DNA from: Eledone cirrhosa
Taxonomy: Eukaryota
NCBI GenBank assembly: GCA_964016885.1
Contig: OZ024745.1
Span: 15,872,001-15,936,000, forward strand
DNA length: 64,000 nucleotides
Direction of reading: 5' to 3'
Shown: positions 57,731 through 64,000 of the stretch, piece by piece
How positions within the stretch are numbered: the first letter of the stretch is position 1
How the letters are laid out: the number at the start of each line of letters is the position of its first letter
Position numbers and translations under genes: made by a program
Notes under the pieces: generated by a model
What the model saw: the letters and a program-made list of their open reading frames with translations, nothing else
What the model was told of the DNA's origin: nothing
Database searches by the model: none

Positions 57731-58340
57731 GTCAGGTCACCAGTTGGTGCTACTGGTAACATGTATCCCAGTACAACCTGTCTCATGGTTGGGTCGTTGG
57801 CGACTAAACTGGCAACCCCACCAAGGTTTCTTGGTGAGGAGGGTGGCTTTGGACATCCTGCAGGACTAAAAACAAAACCTGTCAAAAGGCAAAGGAGCTC
57901 TTAAGAGTCAATGGCCATCCAAAATCACCGGGAGAGATGACCCCTTAGCCTTTGTCAAGGCAGAATTCTAGGAGAAGGAAAACTCTGATATAACACCTGC
58001 AACCCCGATGGTATCCAATGATGTTGACTTGTTCTTCTTTTTGGTAAATATCATCTTGGTTAAGCGAGTGGGACTGGCTTTGTGCAGTGCCTTTTCTCAC
58101 TATAAAAGCTTCACGGCACAGGCATTGCTTTATATCTGGAGATCTCTCTGCACTTGTCGTCACATGGTACCATGGGCCCAGCACTAAGTGTCAATAATTG
58201 TCACAAGTGTAGTGTTTGTATCAGAGTTTTCAAGTCGCTGGCTGGACTGAAAAGTCACACTCGTTCAGCGCATCGATAGGGGTTCTCCTACATGGATATA
58301 AAGTAGTGGCCGTACTCGAAAACGAGTTGGCAGCCACCAT
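57731..58340. mobile_element. Family K ~610-bp non-coding element in (TATG)n
   Basis: Second copy. Contains tctaggagaaggaaaactctga, which I recall from RTE 5' UTRs (unverified). Confidence 0.65.
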
Positions 58341-58424
58341 TTATGTATGTATTTATACATGTATGTATTTATGTATGTATTTATGTATGTATGTAAGTAT
58401 GTAAGTATGTATGTATGTATGTAT

Positions 58425-58801
58425 GTTCTTCTGGTTTTATAATTTCACAAATCTTGCCAATAGAGAGAGAGTCGGTTTCTAACATAGACACAAGACTCTC
58501 TCAATGGAATTTACACAACAACAACTAGGTAGATATGTCTGCATGCTTGCATGTGTAGATATGGATGTTATTTGTGTGGATGTGTATGTTTTGAGTTGTA
58601 TGTGTGCGCTTTGTGTATATGCAGTTATTAGATGCAAAGCTTTTGGATTGTACTTGTAATTTCCTAACTAGTTGTGTTCTCTCTGTTCCTGTGAAGCATA
58701 GCTTCTCAAGATTTGTATTGAGGCAATTACTAACATGACTCTGTGCTTCAATAATCACAAGTATAAACCTGACGGTATAATCAGGGTGGAGTATATGCAG
58801 A
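58425..58801 (-). mobile_element. R4/Dong-like family 1 3' fragment
   Basis: Matches 50613-51040 and is bounded by (TATG)n. Confidence 0.85.
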
Positions 58802-59499
58802 TGTATGTATGTATGTATGTATGTATGTATGTATGTATGTATGTATGTATGTATGTATGTATGTATGTATGTATGTATGTATGTATGTATGTATGTATGT
58901 ATGTGTGAGTGTGTTTCTGTGTGTTTCTGTCTCTGTTTGTTTCTATGTATTTACGTATGTATATATGTGTTTGTGTATGTCTGTCTGTCTCTATGTATGT
59001 ACGTTCTTATGTTAATGAATGCAGTCATATTGCTTGTGAAATCCAAAATACATTAATTAATTATGTTAAGTTAGTATTTATAGCGATATTATTTACCGCT
59101 CTAACTCTTGCATCTTTTATCTACTTAACAATGAAATGAGTGTGACGGATAATTTAACACATAACGTTATCATATGTTGTAGGCAAGTGGTTTTATATAG
59201 GAAGTGAAAGATACGTTATGGAGCAGAAATTACATCAATGCCTTTGAATATACGTAACACTATGAGGTAAATTGCAATAGAAATGTTATTCAAATGTAAA
59301 GAAGGCGGATGTAGGAGAGAAAGAAGCCCCCTAAGATGTGACAATTAGGAAGTTGTGTGAATGCTGAATTAGAAAACAATAAAATATAGTGGGAACACAT
59401 TGAAACCACCACCCGCCGGATGTCTGTTTAGTATTTGTTGTATCGGTTGATGTATATTTATTAGAACAACTACGTATATATATATATTTGACTATATAT

Positions 59500-60239
59500 A
59501 TTCTTCTTGTGATGCTAAACTGCGCCAGTTACAGACTGCGCATTAACATATGATATCTCTCTCCACAAAGTTCGATCACCAGCAGCAGAGTTCAAAGAGC
59601 AAAGATCAAGTCCAATCAATGAATTGACATTGTCAAGCCATCGTTTTGGCTGCCGGCCTTTACTTTTCTTACCAGCCAACCTTCCTTCCACATAACTTGC
59701 ACCACGAATTGATCTTTTTATATGGCCGTATAGTTTGAGTACTCTTGACTTGACAATTGATGTAATTGATTTATGTCTGGTAATGTTGAGCAGCTCACTG
59801 ATACAGATACGGTCGCTGAGCCGCTTGTCAGTCATAAGTCTCCTGATGTGGTTCTAGAATGTAGAGAGCTTCTGAAGTAATCTTGTCCAATTAACACAGT
59901 CAAGACCATATAAAACAACTGGTAGGATGTAAGTATCAAAGATCTTAGCTATGCAGACGATCTGGCCATTATGAGTTACTCTAGAACTGATCTGCAAGAC
60001 TTTCTGAATGTACTGGCCAACATTAGCTGGAGCCTGACTTACACATCAACATCTCCCCCCCCCCAAAGTGTATGACAACTGATAAGAACAATGCCAGTCT
60101 CCAACTCACAATCTACAACCAGAAAATTGCTCAAGTTACAGAGTTTGTATATCTCGGTCACAAACTATCATCAAATAACAAGGGAATATCGAATCGTTCT
60201 AGGTTGGGCAGCTTTCAGCAAGAACAAGGAAGTACTAAC

Positions 60240-60243
<4 letters not shown>
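59500..60243. mobile_element. RTE LINE 3' portion with inverted 5' segment
   Basis: Minus 59500-59950: AKIFDTYILPVVLYG...YGHIKR..KGRQPKRWLD. Plus 59941-60243: DLSYADDL...EFVYLGH. Confidence 0.8.
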
Positions 60244-60306
<63 letters not shown>

Positions 60307-60499
60307 CAAGTATGACCCCAACGGCAGAGCTCAAGCCGTTTCGACAGCTATTTCTGGACTAAAAAAAAAAATACCCGTCGAAACGGCTTGAGCTCTGCCG
60401 TTGGGGTCATACTTGTTCCTATTACCCACTCTACTAACCTAAGTATTGAGTACTTTGGTGTGTTATGGTTCATCTGGTTCCTTACCACAATTCCTTCGT

Positions 60500-60567
<68 letters not shown>

Positions 60568-60711
60568 TGAGAAAAACCACAAACCTTCCCTCTCAATTCT
60601 ACTTTTGAAAAGCAGAAGAACTGCGAAACCGGTAAAGGAACCAAATACATATATTTAAAAAAAAAGACTCCAGTTGCATTTTCGATTTCATCTTTTTTCC
60701 TTTGTTTCTAC

Positions 60712-60902
60712 TTTTGTTTCTACTTTTGGCACATCGCCACCAATTATCCCAGTGTATTACTGGTACTTATTTTATCGACCCCGTAAGGATGAAAGGCAAA
60801 GTTAACCTTTGTGGGATTTGAACTCAGACTATAAAGGGCCGTAACTCTTTGCTGCAAAGCATGGCGTCCGACCCTCTACCGGTACTGCCAATCCACCGCC
60901 CT
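60712..60902 (-). mobile_element. tRNA-derived SINE, most complete copy
   Basis: The minus strand starts ggcggtggattggcagtaccggtaga and has the B box gagttcaaatccc. Confidence 0.8.
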
Positions 60903-61452
60903 TGAAATTGCTATATATAATGAAGACATTATATATTTATATGACTCTATACAGTTATCTCGAGGGGCATTCTATATCCCTGATGCTTACATCCACTCAA
61001 CCAGCATTACCATCGCCACAACCACCACCACCACTACCACCACTGCTTTCACCACCACCAGCTCCAACGCCAAGACCATCGTCACCACTAACATCAACGA
61101 TAACATTGGCACCATTATTATCAGCAGCAACACCCCCACTACCTCCAAACCCAAACACTCCTACGTAAAAACCATCACCAGAACATACACCATAACCACC
61201 AGCACAGCAACAACAACAACCTCAACAGCAACAATAACAACAACTGCCACAGCCACATCAACTAAAAGTTATTCTCTTTGATGTCACATTACTGATATTC
61301 TACTAACAACTGTATGAAGAACCATATGGAATGGTTTAACATTCTTCATTTCTTCGGAAATAGTCTTCTAGAAAATGTCGAAACTAACGGATACAGGAGC
61401 AAAGACATGTTGAGGGCGAAATACTACTTCAACACACAATCATATACTTGGG

Positions 61453-61558
<106 letters not shown>

Positions 61559-61792
61559 AGATAATCTAGCTGTCGTCTGTTCTACAGTGTGGATGTCATT
61601 CACTTCGCACAGAAGTTTTGTTCAAATTTATTGAGGAAATTTTGTGAGTTCAAACTTAATTTTGATACAATTGTGTAGCTTGACCCTCCGTCTGAACTGT
61701 CAGGCGGTGGGTCAGCTCATCTTTACCCCTCCTAGAGGTGAAAAACCTGTTTTAAAAAATTTTGTGTAAAAAATTTCAATCGTCTAACAGAA

Positions 61793-63673
61793 ATGTTAAA
61801 CGCAGCGAACGAAAATAGTGGTGGGGGGACAGCGGTAAGAGTTGTAAGCTCGCACGCTTTAGTCCTCCCTTCCTTCCCAACTAACGTCATAGAGAAGGAA
61901 GGAAAAATGAAAATAAAAACGGACGAATCTGCGGAGGAAAAAAAATTAAATGACGAAAACAACGAAAAAAAAAAATTTGAAAAATTGCATGACAATACTA
62001 ATAACACAAACAAAGACACAACAAACAAAAAAATAACAGTTGAAAATAACATAATATCAGAAAACAAAGCAGACGACAAGATTTCTTTTGCACAGAAAAC
62101 AAAGAAATCTTTGACTTATATAGCGGAAAACATTTCAGATGTGGTACGAAGGATCACGGACGCAAAACAATACATAAGTGAAGGTGAGAATGGTATTTTA
62201 TTGGTAAAAATGCCTCAAGAATTCACGAAAGACATTGAAAGCCGAACGGTCAAGTTTCGGACCATCAACAACAGTACAAAAAAACCTGAACAGCCTTCTC
62301 AAGCAGATATCAAAACAGTACTCGCAGAAGTACTGAATGAAACAACTTTCATAAGAAAAGACAGACTGTATGGAAGCCTAGCAATTATCATGAAGAACGA
62401 ATCGGCGGCAAAAAAATGTGCTTTGTCACCGATTCGTTCGAAAAATTTCACCTTTTATCCATCTTATATGGGGAAAAAAACTCAACGCATATGGCTGGAT
62501 GCAATGATGCCAGATGTGGACTACTGCTGGCTCATAGCTGGCTTCATCGATCCAGTGAATGACAACGTGATTTCCATTGGGAAAACCACAGGCAATGCGT
62601 TCAGTGGAACAGGTATAGAGCTGGTAGTACAAATGAAGCCTGAACGCATCGCCCAAATACCCGACAGAATCCTATTAGAGGACCACGGGTATATAAACAT
62701 TAGCGTGGAGGGGAGAAGGCCGTCCTGCCATATCTGTGCAGGCAGAGGGCACCTGAAGGCCGCTTGTCCCCAACTCAACAAAAAGAAAACCCTGCTACCA
62801 ACACCAGCTCCACCACCACCACCACAACAGATAAACAAACAACAAAACTCAGTCCCACCCAACCCGTCCCTCAGTAACACCACAACACCACCACAACACA
62901 AACAGTCACAACACATTACCCCAAAACAAAATACAGGCCCACCCAACCTCTCACTCAATAAAACAACACAACCACCGCAGACACAACACACAACACAGTC
63001 TAACATAGTGACATCCATCTCCCCCACAAAGAAAACCAACACGGAAACATTACCAGCAAACATACCTCTTCCCTCCAACACTGAAGATAACCCAACGAAT
63101 TCGGAGGAAGAAACGGAGTCCTTCAGACAGATTAAAAGGAAAAAAAGAAAACATGTGCAAAACACACAAGGACAAACAACCCCCACCCAAATCGCAACAC
63201 AATCTAACAAAACAGAAAACACCCCTCCAGCAACAAACAAAACCAAACCTGCCCCTCCCCTCTTCGAAACACTCACACCATCGGAAAAAAAGACATTACA
63301 CTATACTTACATCAACAGAAACAATAATAAATTAAATGAACTCATATACAATAATCCTTCGGTACAAACCGAAGGTGTAAACTTTGTTTCATCAGAAAAC
63401 CACCCACATTTAAAACTAATAAAAATCCCAATGAACCTCTACCAAAAACTAAAAAAGGATTTTAAGGAGGACGTAGGACCACCCTCTGTCAAACCCATAA
63501 ACCGCGTCCTACTAAAAAGCTTTCCCCCTCCCCTTCCCCTCCCCAACACAACTCCAAACACCCCAACCCCACCACACACCGACGACCCCACACCACCACA
63601 AGACACCCCTTCACCCAACACCCCCGACCCCATGGAAGTCGTGCAACCCGAACCCCGGGAAGCGGAAAGGTAG
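61793..63673 (+). CDS. LINE ORF1 (gag-like, single CCHC zinc knuckle, Pro/Thr-rich tail)
   Basis: 626-aa open frame with VEGRRPSCHICAGRGHLKAAC, directly upstream of an APE-type ORF2. Confidence 0.85.
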   Translation: MLNAANENSGGGTAVRVVSSHALVLPSFPTNVIEKEGKMKIKTDESAEEKKLNDENNEKKKFEKLHDNTNNTNKDTTNKKITVENNIISENKADDKISFAQKTKKSLTYIAENISDVVRRITDAKQYISEGENGILLVKMPQEFTKDIESRTVKFRTINNSTKKPEQPSQADIKTVLAEVLNETTFIRKDRLYGSLAIIMKNESAAKKCALSPIRSKNFTFYPSYMGKKTQRIWLDAMMPDVDYCWLIAGFIDPVNDNVISIGKTTGNAFSGTGIELVVQMKPERIAQIPDRILLEDHGYINISVEGRRPSCHICAGRGHLKAACPQLNKKKTLLPTPAPPPPPQQINKQQNSVPPNPSLSNTTTPPQHKQSQHITPKQNTGPPNLSLNKTTQPPQTQHTTQSNIVTSISPTKKTNTETLPANIPLPSNTEDNPTNSEEETESFRQIKRKKRKHVQNTQGQTTPTQIATQSNKTENTPPATNKTKPAPPLFETLTPSEKKTLHYTYINRNNNKLNELIYNNPSVQTEGVNFVSSENHPHLKLIKIPMNLYQKLKKDFKEDVGPPSVKPINRVLLKSFPPPLPLPNTTPNTPTPPHTDDPTPPQDTPSPNTPDPMEVVQPEPREAER

Positions 63674-63706
63674 GTCTCTACACTCTCCTTTGGCTCTGCC
63701 GCCCAC

Positions 63707-64000
63707 ATGGATGTGTTAAGAGTAGGATGTTTGAATGCACGTGGCCTGGGCTCAACTTGGAAGCAAGCAAAGCTTCTAAATGACCTCAGGTCATGTAGTA
63801 TAAATGTAATGGTTATCTGTGAGACTCGAATCAGCGTCATGCGGCAGCTGGCCCCCACCTTCGATGACTTTGAGGTGCATGCATCTCTCTGTCAACCTGG
63901 AGGTGGGGGTGGGGTTGTCGTGCTGCTGCAAAAACACCTGGGTCTTGCCGTACAGGTTGTGCACTCGGACCCGGAGGGTCGTTTGTTGGTGCTAGACGTT
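63707..64000 (+). CDS. LINE ORF2 N-terminal APE-type endonuclease (runs off window)
   Basis: MDVLRVGCLNARGL...VICETR...GGGVVVLL...DPEGRLLVLDV. Confidence 0.88.
   Translation, partial: MDVLRVGCLNARGLGSTWKQAKLLNDLRSCSINVMVICETRISVMRQLAPTFDDFEVHASLCQPGGGGGVVVLLQKHLGLAVQVVHSDPEGRLLVLDV

Noticed and set aside
62521-63276. 251-aa antisense ORF
   Set aside because: Shadow of the C/A-rich ORF1 strand.

Overview
AT-rich, microsatellite-saturated animal DNA. It is most likely an octopus-type cephalopod, inferred from the tRNA-derived SINEs and repeat make-up. No host gene can be supported. Most ORF-track entries are translations of (TA)n/(CA)n/(TATG)n. Real coding sequence is all transposon-derived: two Penelope-like (PLE) RT/GIY-YIG fragments, two families of R4/Dong-like RT-RLE LINEs, L1/Tx1-clade LINEs, RTE remnants and a Helitron Pif1 fragment. 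The most striking signal is a community of about 10 short non-coding element families inserted almost only into (TA)n tracts. They are frequently fold-back (tail-to-tail) pairs, and most carry a complete or partial type I hammerhead ribozyme (HHR) motif; by eye there are roughly 20 near-complete motifs. Two families carry recurring non-canonical cores (UUGAAAA, CUGAGAA), and one 424-bp HHR monomer has a terminal direct repeat resembling a retrozyme/circular-RNA copy. Retroelement classes partition by microsatellite: PLE-type and RTE in (TA)n, R4/Dong in (TATG)n, Tx1 in (TATC)n. All motifs and coordinates were read by eye; nothing was computed.
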